64,000 bases of DNA from Dictyostelium discoideum. Its lineage: Eukaryota. The notes under the pieces were generated by a model, which was given only the letters and a program-made list of their open reading frames with translations, was not told the DNA's origin and did not search any database. The DNA lies in assembly GCA_000004695.1 (NCBI GenBank), contig CM000150.2, positions 2,368,001 through 2,432,000 on the forward strand, written 5' to 3'. Position 1 is the stretch's first letter. Each line of letters opens with the position of its first letter. Positions 41,117 to 52,227 of this stretch are shown here, piece by piece. The position numbers and the translations under genes are program-made.

Positions 41117-42109
41117 ATATTTAAAACATAAAGTTCTTCTGAAAGCCTGTAAAGGTTTTGAAAAGTTATATGGTAACAATTGTTATTATTTTTAGATTTG
41201 TTTTTTCTTTAAAAGTTCATAACTAAATCTAATCTTTTGAGTGTTGTAATATAATTGTGTAATAATTAAATTGTTACAATAAAATAATGTTTTATCAACA
41301 TATTAAATTAGATATAATCTCGCTCTCAAACTAAAATAATTTATGATTATAATTAGACTTTTCTCACCTAGGTGGGAAAAAGCCACTTGGTGAGTTTTTA
41401 ATGTCGATTGAAAAACTTATAAACATAATTTCAAATCTCAAATATAAAAAGTAAAAATTTTCAATAGTAAAAGACATTCATAATAAATTTTAGATTTTGT
41501 CGATAACATCAACTTATTACTTTATTTTTATTTATATATATTTATTTATTTATTTTAATTTTATTTTTCTATTACAAGATTCTGATAAAACATGAGCAAT
41601 AATTTAGGCGAGTATTTTTAACTAATTTTATTTAACTAATAAATCATTTATATAAATTATTGTGTTAATGTTCAACATTTGAGGGTATATTTGATAAATC
41701 CTGAAATTAAAAGATAACTAACCAAAAAATTTATAATTTTAAAAAAGAGAGGGAAGAAGAGCAACTAAATTATTTATTAATAATAACACAAACCTACTCT
41801 AATAGATCAAATTACAAAAACATTATTATTTTCATCTTTTTTAAATACCTTTTTTTTTTTTTTTGGAATATTTAAAAAAAAAAAAAAAGATAAATAATGT
41901 TTTGCGTTTGATGTATTAATACACAAAATCACAGAAATATTTTTGAATTTTTTTTTTTTTCAATATTTCATTCCTAATTTTTTACTTCTTTTTAATTAAA
42001 ACCATCATTTTTTAACTTTTGGTGGCACTAATGATGGCACCAATGCCAAAAATCTTTTATTAGTTTTTTTAAAGAAATTTCATTATCTTTTCTTTTTTTT
42101 TTTTTTTTT

Positions 42110-42208
42110 ACCTGTGATCAGACCTTCAAGGAATGTCCTTGTGTCTTTTCAGCGGTGTTTGTTAAACGATTTTATTTTTATTATTCAATTGTATTAAATT
42201 TTTTAAAC

Positions 42209-42254
<46 letters not shown>

Positions 42255-42847
42255 ACTACTTAAATTGGAAGAGGGTTCGGAGCTGCTGGAGTTTGCCAGG
42301 CTTTGTTGAATTTGTATTTGTGAAGATCTTGATTGGTGTTTTTTAGTATTGCTTCGTCGTGTTTGATTTTCTTTAGTGTGATGAATTTTTCAGTTTCGAT
42401 GAGATTTAGTAATTCTGTTTCTATGACCTTTTGTTCGAATTTTGGCTCTGGTTTGCTTTCATCAGTGTTGAACAATTTGTGACAGATTATCTTCCATAAT
42501 TGGTGTGCTATTATTCCTATGAGATTGGGGAAGATTCTCTCAGTTCTGTTGTATTTTGATATGTCTAAGGTATCCATTGACCATCTGTGGATTTTGATGA
42601 ATGATAATTTGTTAACTGTTGATATGATGGTTTTTTCAATATATAGGATATCTTGGCATAGAGTGAAGAGGTGAGAATAAGGGTCTCTGAATAGGTGGCC
42701 ACAGATCTTGCATCTGGTGTCTCTTTCGTGGTTGATACCTGGAAGTGATCTTGAGAAGAATCTGAAGAGGGTGTTTCTACCTTTTTGGTGAGAAATGCTG
42801 TTGATGTTTATGAATACTTTGGGTATTGCTGTGTTGTATCTCACCAT
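42110..42847 (-). mobile_element. TRE3-family 3' fragment (same subfamily as 36932-39537): the last ~190 codons of ORF2 plus the C-module
   Basis: A 195-aa ORF ...CKICGHLFRDPYSHLF...WQTPAAPNPLPI. The reverse complement of the C-module, acctgtgatcagaccttcaaggaatgtcc, lies at 42110. Confidence 0.7.
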
Positions 42848-42879
42848 TTCATTATCTTTTCAGTTACAATAAAAAATTA

Positions 42880-43847
42880 AAAAAAAAAAATTAAAAAAAT
42901 TTTTTTTTTTTTTTTTTTTTTTGATATAAATAAACTATTGTAGTATACAATTAGTATGTTATTTTTATTTATTTATTTTAGGTTTTTTAGTTTTTGTGAA
43001 TTTAAAATAGTATGTTATTTTAGATTAGGTAATTAATAATTAATTGGTGGTGTAATTGTTGGAATTGGTTCATTAGTGTTTATGCTCCATTCTTTTTTAA
43101 ATTTTTTGATGGTTTCGGACCATTGGGTTTCTTTTTGAGTTTTTGTGAGGTTGTTTTTAATTGAGAATTGGTTAAAGTTTGATAACCTTTTTGAATATTC
43201 CAATCTTATTAGCTTGTGCCATTTTGATTTTAATATATCATAATCTAGTGTTGTGTTGTTTATTTGGTTGTTCCAATTGTCAATTGATTGAGTTATATTG
43301 ATGTCAAATAATGATTTGCATAACCATATCCATATTTGGTGAATAACTAATGAGATTATGTTCCAATATGCATGTGTTCTGACTAGATCAAGATTTGTGT
43401 TTATATAATTCCAGTTGAACCTGTATTTTTTATATTGTGCGTTTTCTGCAAAATGAAAATTAATATTGATAGTTGGATCTGGTTTAAATGCTTTGTTGTT
43501 TGTTTGTGGTTTATAAATGAGTGTGTATAATTTTGTTGTTTGGTTTTTTGTTAGTGACCAGTTTTTGTTTCCATTGCAATTTTTATATATAAAATATTTT
43601 AATTTGTCGTGGTTAATGAAGTTGATTGTGTGCTGGCAATTGAAAAACAAATGACCATAGGGATCATTATTCATTTCATTGTTGCAAATGGGGCAAACTT
43701 TGTTGTGTAGATGATTAATCGGAAGACATCTAGCATGGAATCTTTGCATTGTATCTCGGCCTTTTGGATCTTTTAATTTTTGAATTTTGACAAAAAGTTG
43801 GTCGTATGTGTATTTCCATAATAGTTGTATTGATTGTTGGTAATTAA
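42880..43847 (-). mobile_element. TRE3-family 3' fragment of a different subfamily (ORF2 C-terminus ...CPICNNEMNNDPYGHLFFNCQH...EPIPTITPPINY), downstream of the minus-strand tRNA-Trp
   Basis: Matches the 3150-3450 fragment. The ORF-track protein's first ~25 aa are read through the tRNA and are spurious. Confidence 0.65.
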
Positions 43848-43873
43848 AAAAAAAAAAATCCTCTAAAAAAGAC

Positions 43874-43960
43874 AGACCCCTCAGGGAGTTGAACCCTGGA
43901 CCAACTGCTAACTTCTTACGTTTTGGAGACAATTACAATAAACCACTATGCTAAGGAGTC
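43874..43960 (-). tRNA. tRNA-Trp (anticodon CCA) with a ~13-nt intron
   Basis: The reverse complement is GACTCCTTAGCATAGTGGTTTATTGTAATTGTCTCCAAA[ACGTAAGAAGTTA]GCAGTTGGTCCAGGGTTCAACTCCCTGAGGGGTC. The anticodon stem ATTGT/GCAGT has two G-U pairs. The T-arm CAGGGTTCAACTCCCTG and the acceptor stem are intact. Confidence 0.55.
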
Positions 43961-43987
43961 ATTGAAAACCAAATGGTTGACACACTT

Positions 43988-44272
43988 TGATAACCCGCCA
44001 TTTATTTCGATCGATCGAAAAAAACAAACAACAACAATCTCTTTTTTTGATTATTTCATTTTTCATATAAAAAAGACTTAAAAAACAAATAAATAAATAA
44101 ATAAACTATTTTAAAAAGCCATCTTTTTACTTTATTGTAATTTATTATTTGTTTCGTTTTGAGAATTTTGCGTAGCAAAATTTTCAAAAAAAAAGCAAAA
44201 AATAATCAGATCGAAAAAAACAAACAACAACAATCTCTTTTTTTGATTATTTCATTTTTCATATAAAAAAGA

Positions 44273-44308
<36 letters not shown>

Positions 44309-44745
44309 GGAACCCAAGTTAATCAGAAAATTTCCAGATTTTTAACTTTTTAAAGAAAAATAAAAAAAATAGAAAGAAAATAAGATGAAAATCACAAACA
44401 ACACCACAAATATTAAGCAACACAAATGCCTACAAAAAATAAGCGAAATTGTGGATAAAACTCAATTAAAAAAAAAACAATTCAAATACGTCATAAACAT
44501 CAATCACGAACCAGACGATAAAATAAAAAAAGATTTAGAAAAAAGTTTGGACAAAAAAGATGTTTTAATCAAAAGTAATAATACAATTCAAAATTCGAAA
44601 CAAAAAAAAAAAAAAAAAAAAAAAAAAGGTAAACCAACCCCTCTTTTAGAGACCCTGTAAAAAAAAAAAAAATAAAATAAAATGAGATCTAGCATCTCAA
44701 GGAGAAGCAAATAATAATTGCGTTATCCAATTCAAAAAAAAAAAA
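43988..44745 (+). mobile_element. TRE5-A ORF-less derivative (A-module x1.4, oligo(A), B-module, oligo(A), C-module), ~45 bp upstream of tRNA-Trp
   Basis: The module order A-B-C contains only the first 62 ORF1 codons that are embedded in the B-module. This is consistent with recombination between the 5' and 3' B-modules. Confidence 0.75.
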
Positions 44746-45299
44746 AAATTTATATTTTTGTGGGTGACATGCTTTATATAGGTGAATACAATTACAATAA
44801 ACCACTATGCTAAGGAGTTATTGAAAACCAAATGGGTTAAACTCTTCGATTAAATTATCAAAATATAAAAAGCTAAGTTAAATATAAAAATAAATTAAAA
44901 TATACTTGTTAACTAAATTGCATTAGACCACTTTCCTTACACATGTAAAGAATGCTCTATTTCCTGCCCACAGCTTCTTGAATGAAAAAATTTAACCACG
45001 GGAGTTATGAATAAATATCTTGAATTCATTGAAACTGATAAAATCTAATTGTGTCTGGGAAGGTTGAACAGAATTTTGAATTCAAAATTAATATTATAAC
45101 TATAATTAATAAATAAAAAAATAAATAGATAATTAAAATTATAAAATACTTTAAGAATATATATAATTTCTAAAAGTAATTTTAGAAATAATAATTATAG
45201 GAATGAACCATCTTCGATACAATTTAATAAGTGTAATGAATACTCTAATACTTTACATGACACTTTAAATATTAATTTACACTTACTACTACTTTCCTT

Positions 45300-45470
45300 G
45301 AAAAAATGAAATAAACATCTTTGGGTTATTCCCTAAAAAGAAGACACCTTAGCAAAGTGTATAACCCATTTGGTTTTCGATGACACCCAAGCAAAGTTTT
45401 TTACCCATTAGGTTATCTATGACAGTTTAGCGAAGTGTATTACCCATTTAGTATTCCTTAACAACTTTTT
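45300..45470 (+). repeat. Tandem array of three to four 40-50-bp units. Each unit is the first ~15 nt of tRNA-Ser(GCT) plus ~25 nt of its native 5' leader.
   Basis: gacaccttagcaaagtgtataacccatttggttttcgat / gacacccaagcaaagttttttacccattaggttatctat / gacagtttagcgaagtgtattacccatttagtattcc. Further copies occur at 46160-46215 and, inverted, at 59962-60105. Confidence 0.6.
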
Positions 45471-46190
45471 TTTGAATTGGATAACGCAATTATTAGTTGC
45501 TTCTCCTTGAGATGCAAGATCTCATTTTATTTGTAGTTTTTTACAGGGTCTCTAAAAGAGGGGTTAGTTTACTTTTTTTTTTTTTTTTTTTTTTGTTTCA
45601 AATTTTGAATTGTATTATTACTTTTGATTAAAACATCTTTTTTTCCCAAACTTTTTTCTAAATCTTTTTTTATTTTATCGTCTAGTTCGTGACTGATGTT
45701 GATGATATATTTGAATTGTTTTTTTTTATTTGAGTTTTATCCACAATTTCGCTTATTTTTTGTTGGCATTTGTGCTTAACTTGGTTGCCAGGTTTTTTTT
45801 TTTTTTTTTTTATTTTTTTTTTTTTTTTAGTCTTTTTATATGAAAAATGAAATAATCAAAAAAAGATACCTCCACCAAAGAATAAGTAACACTCCTACTT
45901 CATATATAAAACTGTGGGAAGAGGAACTCAAAAACAACAACAACAACAAAACAACAACAACAAAACAAAATCAACTACACTGGCAATGCAAGCAAGCATG
46001 GACCCAATTAAAAACTCCACAAAATAAACAAACACACTACGAAAACCTCCCAAAATTAAAAAAAATATACGAGGATATGATGACAACCCAATCTCCAGAA
46101 CACAACAAATTCATACCAACTCCTGGCCAAAAAGAAATAATTACCAAAATTAATAGCAAACACCTTCCTTTCCCTTGACAACTTAGCAAA
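45470..46190. mobile_element. Composite TRE5-A debris. A minus-strand piece (C-module, B-module, 36 bp of A-module; 45470-45872) abuts a plus-strand ORF2 internal fragment (45873-46190; 112-aa ORF ...RYLHQRISNTPTSYIKLWEE...).
   Basis: Module sequences are recognisable by comparison with the 56925-59945 copy. The junctions are abrupt. Confidence 0.6.
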
Positions 46191-46215
46191 GTATTTTACC
46201 CATTTGATATTCGAT

Positions 46216-46296
46216 GACACCTTAGCAAAGTGGTTAATGCGGCGCCCTGCTAAGGCGTTCTCTTCGGAGGCGCAGGTTCGAACCCTGCAGGTGTCG
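46216..46296 (+). tRNA. tRNA-Ser (anticodon GCT)
   Basis: GACACCTTAGCAAAGTGGTTAATGCGGCGCCCTGCTAAGGCGTTCTCTTCGGAGGCGCAGGTTCGAACCCTGCAGGTGTCG, with a long variable arm. An exB-like box acaggttcgattcctgttg lies at 46318-46338. Confidence 0.9.
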
Positions 46297-46516
46297 AATT
46301 TTTAACTTCCAAACCTGAATAACAGGTTCGATTCCTGTTGTATTATATACAAAATAATTCTCGATAACAGCTAAATTTTCATGGGTGCAAGAATTAAAAA
46401 TAATATAAATAATTAATAAATTAGTAATCAAATCTATAATTTAAAAATAAAAACTAATTAACAAGATTAACAAATCGGAACAGATTTTATATAAATTTTT
46501 TGTTTATGAGCACAAT

Positions 46517-46635
<119 letters not shown>

Positions 46636-46817
46636 TAAAAATTTTACAGCTTTTAATGAAAATGATCTTAAAACTTTAAAATCTTTAGATGATAAACTAT
46701 TAATATTAATAATTTACCTGCTGGTTATATTTGCAATAGAAAATCTGAAATATGTGTATTATTAAAACATCAATAACCACAGAAGGTATATCAAATATTA
46801 GAGAAGTTATATTAAAA

Positions 46818-46856
<39 letters not shown>

Positions 46857-46957
46857 TAAAAAAGTGATTAAAAAAAAAAATAAAAATAAAAATAAAATAA
46901 ATAAATCTAATTTTATTAAAAAAAATATAGAAAAAAGAATTTAAAAGTGGTTATTTC

Positions 46958-47172
46958 AAAAGAAAATGTAGTAATATGATATGTATCATAACCCAATCCA
47001 ATTGTAAGAAAGGAAAGATTTATCTAAGCACTATATCATTTAGAAAAATTAATGTTCATATCAAAACTATCATATCCAAAGGGAAATAAAAAATGATCAA
47101 TATTAATCTATTGTCAGAGAAAGGAAAGATTTATCTATGCACTATGACATTACGAAAATATATGGCCATATA
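46958..47172 (+). repeat. Left arm of a ~210-bp inverted repeat pair (~90% identical to the reverse complement of 49568-49782). Each arm contains two copies of aaaggaaagatttatct.tgcactat.
   Basis: Compared directly against the reverse complement of 49568-49782. Confidence 0.7.
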
Positions 47173-47580
47173 ACTCCCTAAAAAAAAATTCAATAAAGTT
47201 TATTGAATAAACCTTAGAATTTTTAAATAAAACAGCATTTCAAAAAACAAATTTAATTAAAATTAAATAATAAAATAAAATAAATAAAAAAATAAATATT
47301 TGAAAAAAATAATACATATTTTCATTAAAGTTTTGAAAAAACATAAAATTCTTTTCACACATTCTAAAATGAAATCGAACCAATTTTTTCTTTAGGATGA
47401 TAGTTTGTTTTGATATTTTAAATTTATTTTTAATATTTAAACTCTTTGATTTTAATTTTTGTTAATCAGTTAAACATAAATTAATATAAATATAAATAAT
47501 TATAAATTAATAAATAATATAAATAATCATAAATTAAAAATCATTTTTTTTTTAAAAAAAAATATATATATAAAAAAAGA

Positions 47581-47866
47581 ATGACAAAATTAAAAGTTGG
47601 AAATATTGCACCAGATTTTGAAGCTAAAAACTATTTAGGTCAAACAGTTACATTAAAAGAATTTAAAGAAAAGAGTCAACCAATCGTTTTATATTTTTAT
47701 CCAAAAGATAATAGTCCAGTATGTACAAAAGGTAAGTCAATTTATATTATTACATAATTCAATAAACTTAAATGTTTTTTTTTTTAATATACTAATAATA
47801 AAATAACCTTTTAAATATAATAAAATTACCAACATACATACATACATACATACATACATACATACA

Positions 47867-47899
<33 letters not shown>

Positions 47900-48221
47900 C
47901 AATATAGATAGTTGTGAATTTAGAGATAAATATCAAAAGTTTATAGAAGCAGGCGCAGAAGTAATTGGAGTCAGTAGCGATGGCGAAGATAGTCATAAAT
48001 CATTCGTTTCAAAATATTCATTACCATTCACATTATTAACAGATAAACATAGTAAATTAGCCAAATTATATGGTGTCAATGGTATATTATTACCAGGTAG
48101 AAAAACATTTATAATTGATAAACATGGTATTATAGCTGGTATTCATGATGGTTTACTCAGCTCAACTTCTCATATCGATGAATCTTTAAAAATAATTGAA
48201 AAATTAAAATCACAAATCTAA
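47581..48221 (+). CDS. BCP/PrxQ-type peroxiredoxin, copy 2 (exons 47581-47731 and 47908-48221)
   Basis: Exon 1 is identical to copy 1. The intron is expanded by a (CATA)n microsatellite. Exon 2 is ~97% identical. The ~300-bp 5' flank and ~100-bp 3' flank are also shared. Confidence 0.75.
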
Positions 48222-48809
48222 ATAATAATTTTTATAATAAATTGTACATATCCACTTATCATTGTATATTTTTTTTGTTTTATAATAATTCACCAATTAA
48301 TATCAATAATTCTTTAATTTTAAATAAATTATTTAAAATATTTAATAAAAAATAAATAATAAACCAAATCAATAATTATATTCTCTTTTAAAAATAATTA
48401 TAAAAAATGAATGGTAAATAATAAAATACTTAAAGTCTACTTTTTCTTAAGAAATTCATATTGATGGGAGTTGGCGGATAAAATACATAAAAGATTTGGA
48501 AGAGTTTTATTTTTGATTATTTTTTTTTTTTTTTTTTTTTGGTATTTGAATCCAAGAACATTAACAAACCATTTTATCTATGAATTAAAGATTTTTTTAA
48601 AATAAATTAAAACAGTTAAAAAAAAAAAAAAGTTTGAAAATTTAAAAATATTTATTCAAAGAAAGAATTTAAAAGAATTAAAATTATTTTTTTTATTGGT
48701 TTTTTATTGGTTTTTTTTTTTTTTTTTTTTTTTTTTGATATCGAATAGTTTTTATATTTATTTTTAATTTTTTAGTTTAAAAATTTTTTTTTTTTTTTTT
48801 TTACACTAA

Positions 48810-49466
48810 ATGAAAGAAAAAACTACAGCAACAACAACAACAACAACAATACCAACAAGGAATGCAGATGATGATTATGAATTAATTAAAGTTTTAATGT
48901 TGGGTGATTATAAAACTGGTAAAGGTTCAGTTTTAAGAAGATACCATTATAATGAATTTGAATTAGGAGTATCATCAATTGGTGTTGATTTTGTTATAAG
49001 AGATTATGGTATTGTAAATGGTAAATATTATAAAATTCAAATTTGGGATGCAAATAGTTGTGAAAGGTTTAGATCAATAACACAAGCCTATTATAGAGGT
49101 GCACATGGTTTTATGTTATTATATGATTGTACCAATCAAGAATCATTTAATAATTTACAATTTTGGATCAATGAAATTATAAATAAATCACCAAATTCAA
49201 ATAATTCAACAATTGTTATCATTGGTAATAAATGTGATTTAGTTAATGATATTAAAATTGATCCAATAAAATCTAAACTATTTTGTGATTCAAAATCAAT
49301 AACTTCATTTCAAAATGTTTCTGCCAAAGATTCTATCAATATAAACGAACCATTTGAAATTTTATTTAAACAAATAATTGAAAAAGGTCATTCACAAACA
49401 ATTTCTCCAAAACTAATAAAACAAAGATATGAAAACAATAATAATAAATCATGTAATATTTTATAA
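48810..49466 (+). CDS. Atypical Rab-like small GTPase (218 aa) with a C-terminal CAAX box (CNIL)
   Basis: G1 is LMLGDYKTGKGS. G2 and the switch I region are IGVDF. G3 is WDANSCERF rather than the canonical WDTAGQERF. G4 is GNKCDL. G5 is SAK. The Rab-family YRGAHG motif is present. The protein ends ...KSCNIL. Confidence 0.7.
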   Translation: MKEKTTATTTTTTIPTRNADDDYELIKVLMLGDYKTGKGSVLRRYHYNEFELGVSSIGVDFVIRDYGIVNGKYYKIQIWDANSCERFRSITQAYYRGAHGFMLLYDCTNQESFNNLQFWINEIINKSPNSNNSTIVIIGNKCDLVNDIKIDPIKSKLFCDSKSITSFQNVSAKDSININEPFEILFKQIIEKGHSQTISPKLIKQRYENNNNKSCNIL

Positions 49467-49567
49467 TTTGTAAAAAAAAAGTTATTTAATTTTAATTAAA
49501 TTTGTTTTTGAAATGTAATTTTATTTGAAAATTCTTTTTAGGCTTATTGGAAAATTTAGGGGGGGGA

Positions 49568-49782
49568 ATGATATGGTCATCTATTTTAGTAATGTCATAG
49601 TGCATAGATAAATCTTTCCTTTCTCTGACATTAGATTAATATTGATTATCATTTTTTATTTCCCTTTGAATATGATAGTATTGGTATGAATAATAACTTT
49701 TCTAAATGGTATAGTGCATAGATAAATCTTTCCTCTACCAATTAGATTGGGTTATGATGCATGTCATATTACTACATTTTCT
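49568..49782 (-). repeat. Right arm of the ~210-bp inverted repeat pair
   Basis: Reverse complement of 46958-47172. Confidence 0.7.
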
Positions 49783-50343
49783 TTTTCCTTTATTTTTTAA
49801 AAATAAAATTAGAAAATTTATTTTTTTTTTTTTTTTTTTCACTTTTTTTAACTTTTTATTTACCTTTTTTTTCTATATAATTCTATCTTAAATCTTTTAA
49901 TATCTTTTTTTTTTTGAAATAATACTATTTCATTTTATTTGTTTTGATTTTTTGGTTTGGAGTGAAAAAAAAAAAATAAAAAAAAAAAAAAAGTCTATTT
50001 ATACTCTGATAAAAATTTTTATTATTTCCTATTTAAAATTATTTAGATTTGTCCTAAAAAGGAGTTTTTACTTTTTTTTTTTTTTTTTTTTTTTTTCCTA
50101 TTTTTTTATCAATCAAAAAAATTTCTAAATTGGAAAATAATAGATCTATTATTAATTAATATTAATAATAAAAATGGTAAAATAGGAAAACTAATTTAAT
50201 TTTAATTTTTTTTTTTATTCTTAATCTCCCCATACACCATTTATCAACATTCAAATTCTTTTTCAAATGATAAACCAATAAAAAAAAATAAAAAAAAAAT
50301 AAAAAAATAAAAAAAAAATTAAATAAATTATACAGATGCAATA

Positions 50344-50396
<53 letters not shown>

Positions 50397-50592
50397 GTTT
50401 AATAATTTTTATTAATTTTAGTAATTAAAAACTTCTGGGATATTCTCCTCTATTATTTGATAAGCCATCTGTGAGTGTTTTAATGATATCTTAAATCTTT
50501 TCACTGTAAATATTTATTGATTCCATTAATATTATGATTATCCAAACTTATTAAAAAGATAAAAAAGATAAAAAAAATTGTTAAATTTATAG

Positions 50593-50670
50593 ATAAATTA
50601 TATATAAATTAAAAAAAAGATAAAAAAAGATAAAAAAAGATAAAAAAAGATAAAAAAAGATAAAAAAAGA
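50593..50670. repeat. (agataaaaaa)n 10-mer tandem repeat, ~7 units
   Basis: Read directly from the sequence. Confidence 0.8.
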
Positions 50671-50695
50671 TAAAATTTTTTTTTTTTTTTATTGT

Positions 50696-51007
50696 AAAGT
50701 AATATACCTTTTGCTTAATGTTTATTTATTTTTTATTTTTTAGTTATTTTTTTTAGAAGTTTATGAGTTGGAATGAGTTGTCGATGTGTGAAGCTTTCCA
50801 GGATTGTTTGAATTTGTTGATCCAGTTAGTGCAGTGTTGGTTTCTTGTGGTGAAGTTGTGTTTTGGAAAGTTCAAGGTTGATGATTCCGAGCCATTTTTT
50901 GTTTATTATTTCGTTTTTTATTAGTTCTTGAAGTGATTCAATTTTGTCTGATTGTGAGATGGTGGGGTTGAATTGAATTTTGCATATCCATACCCAAATG
51001 AAGTTTT
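50696..51007 (-). mobile_element. 3' terminal fragment of a further TRE-type element (ORF2 C-terminus ...IWVWICKIQFNPTISQSDKIESLQELIKNEI..., 3'UTR and oligo(A) at 50683-50695). A nested insertion splits it, and it continues at 52028-52062.
   Basis: The translation resembles, but is distinct from, the C-termini of the other TRE3 subfamilies present here. Confidence 0.45.
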
Positions 51008-51118
51008 TTTTTTTTTTTTACCTGTGATCAGACCTTCAAGGAATGTCCTTGTGTCTTTTCGGCGGTGTTTGTTAAACGATTTTATTTTTATTATTCAATT
51101 GTATTAAATTTTTTAAAC

Positions 51119-51164
<46 letters not shown>

Positions 51165-52027
51165 ACTACTTAAATTGGAAGAGGGTTCGGAATTGCTGGG
51201 GTTTGCCAGGCTTTGTTGAATTTGTATTTGTGAAGATCTTGATTGGTGTTTTTTAGTATTGCTTCGTCGTGTTTGATTTTCTTTAGTGTGATGAATTTTT
51301 CAGTTTCGATGAGATTTAGTAATTCTGTTTCTATGACCTTTTGCTGGAATTTTGGCTCTGGTTTGCTTTCATCAGTGTTGAACAATTTGTGACAGATTAT
51401 CTTCCATAATTGGTGTGCTATTATTCCTATGAGATTGGGGAAGATTCTCTCAGTTCTGTTGTATTTTGATATGTCTAAGGTATCCATTGACCATCTGTGG
51501 ATTTTGATGAATGATAATTTGTTAACTGTTGATATGATGGTTTTTTCAATATATAGGATATCTTGGCATAGAGTGAAGAGGTGAGAATAAGGGTCTCTGA
51601 ATAGGTGGCCCCAGATCTTGCATCTGGTGTCTCTTTCGTGGTTGATACCTGGAAGTGATCTTGAGAAGAATCTGAAGAGGGTGTTTCTACCTTTTTGGTG
51701 AGAAATGCTGTTGATGTTTATGAATACTTTGGGTATTGCTGTGTTGTATCTCACCGCCCATAACTTCTGCCATTCTGTTCTTCTTGGTGTTGGGTGTCTG
51801 TCTTTGATCATGAGTTCGTAAATTTCTTTCAGTTTTAGTGGTTCGTTATTGTCGTTTCTTATACAGCCTGGAAGTTCATTTATCTTTGGATGGTTTTGGT
51901 AAAATTTGACTCTGAATACACCCCAGTGTCTGCACATATCGTTGAGGGTTGAAGTGTGGGCTTTTTTTTTACTTAATTGCTCCATGTACCATTCTTGTAA
52001 AGTATTGTTGTTGTTGTAGTTGTTATT
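51008..52027 (-). mobile_element. TRE3-family 5'-truncated copy (287-aa ORF2 C-terminus plus C-module), nested with a 12-13-bp TSD
   Basis: The TSD (t)acccaaatgaag occurs at 50995-51007 and 52028-52040. The C-module acctgtgatcagaccttcaaggaatgtcc lies at 51020. Confidence 0.75.
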
Positions 52028-52062
52028 ACCCAAATGAAGTGGAATATGATGGAGGTGTAGAT

Positions 52063-52196
52063 TTTTTTTTTTTTTACCTAAAAGCGGTGTATTGTTATAT
52101 TTTATTACATTTTTAAATTTTTAGATTTTTAAATTTTTAAATTTTTATATTGTTATATGTTGATATTTTTGGTTATATTATGATTACTACTACTTG

Positions 52197-52227
<31 letters not shown>

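Noticed and set aside
41363-41395. A short imperfect hairpin ctcacctaggtgg...ccacttggtgag.
   Set aside because: It is an isolated short stem with no flanking conservation or promoter elements, and is insufficient to call an ncRNA.
43848-43932. The N-terminal 25 aa (MSPKRKKLAVGPGFNSLRGLSF...) of the 299-aa minus ORF at 43033-43932.
   Set aside because: This part of the ORF is read through the tRNA-Trp gene and its flank. The real TRE3 coding fragment starts near 43847.
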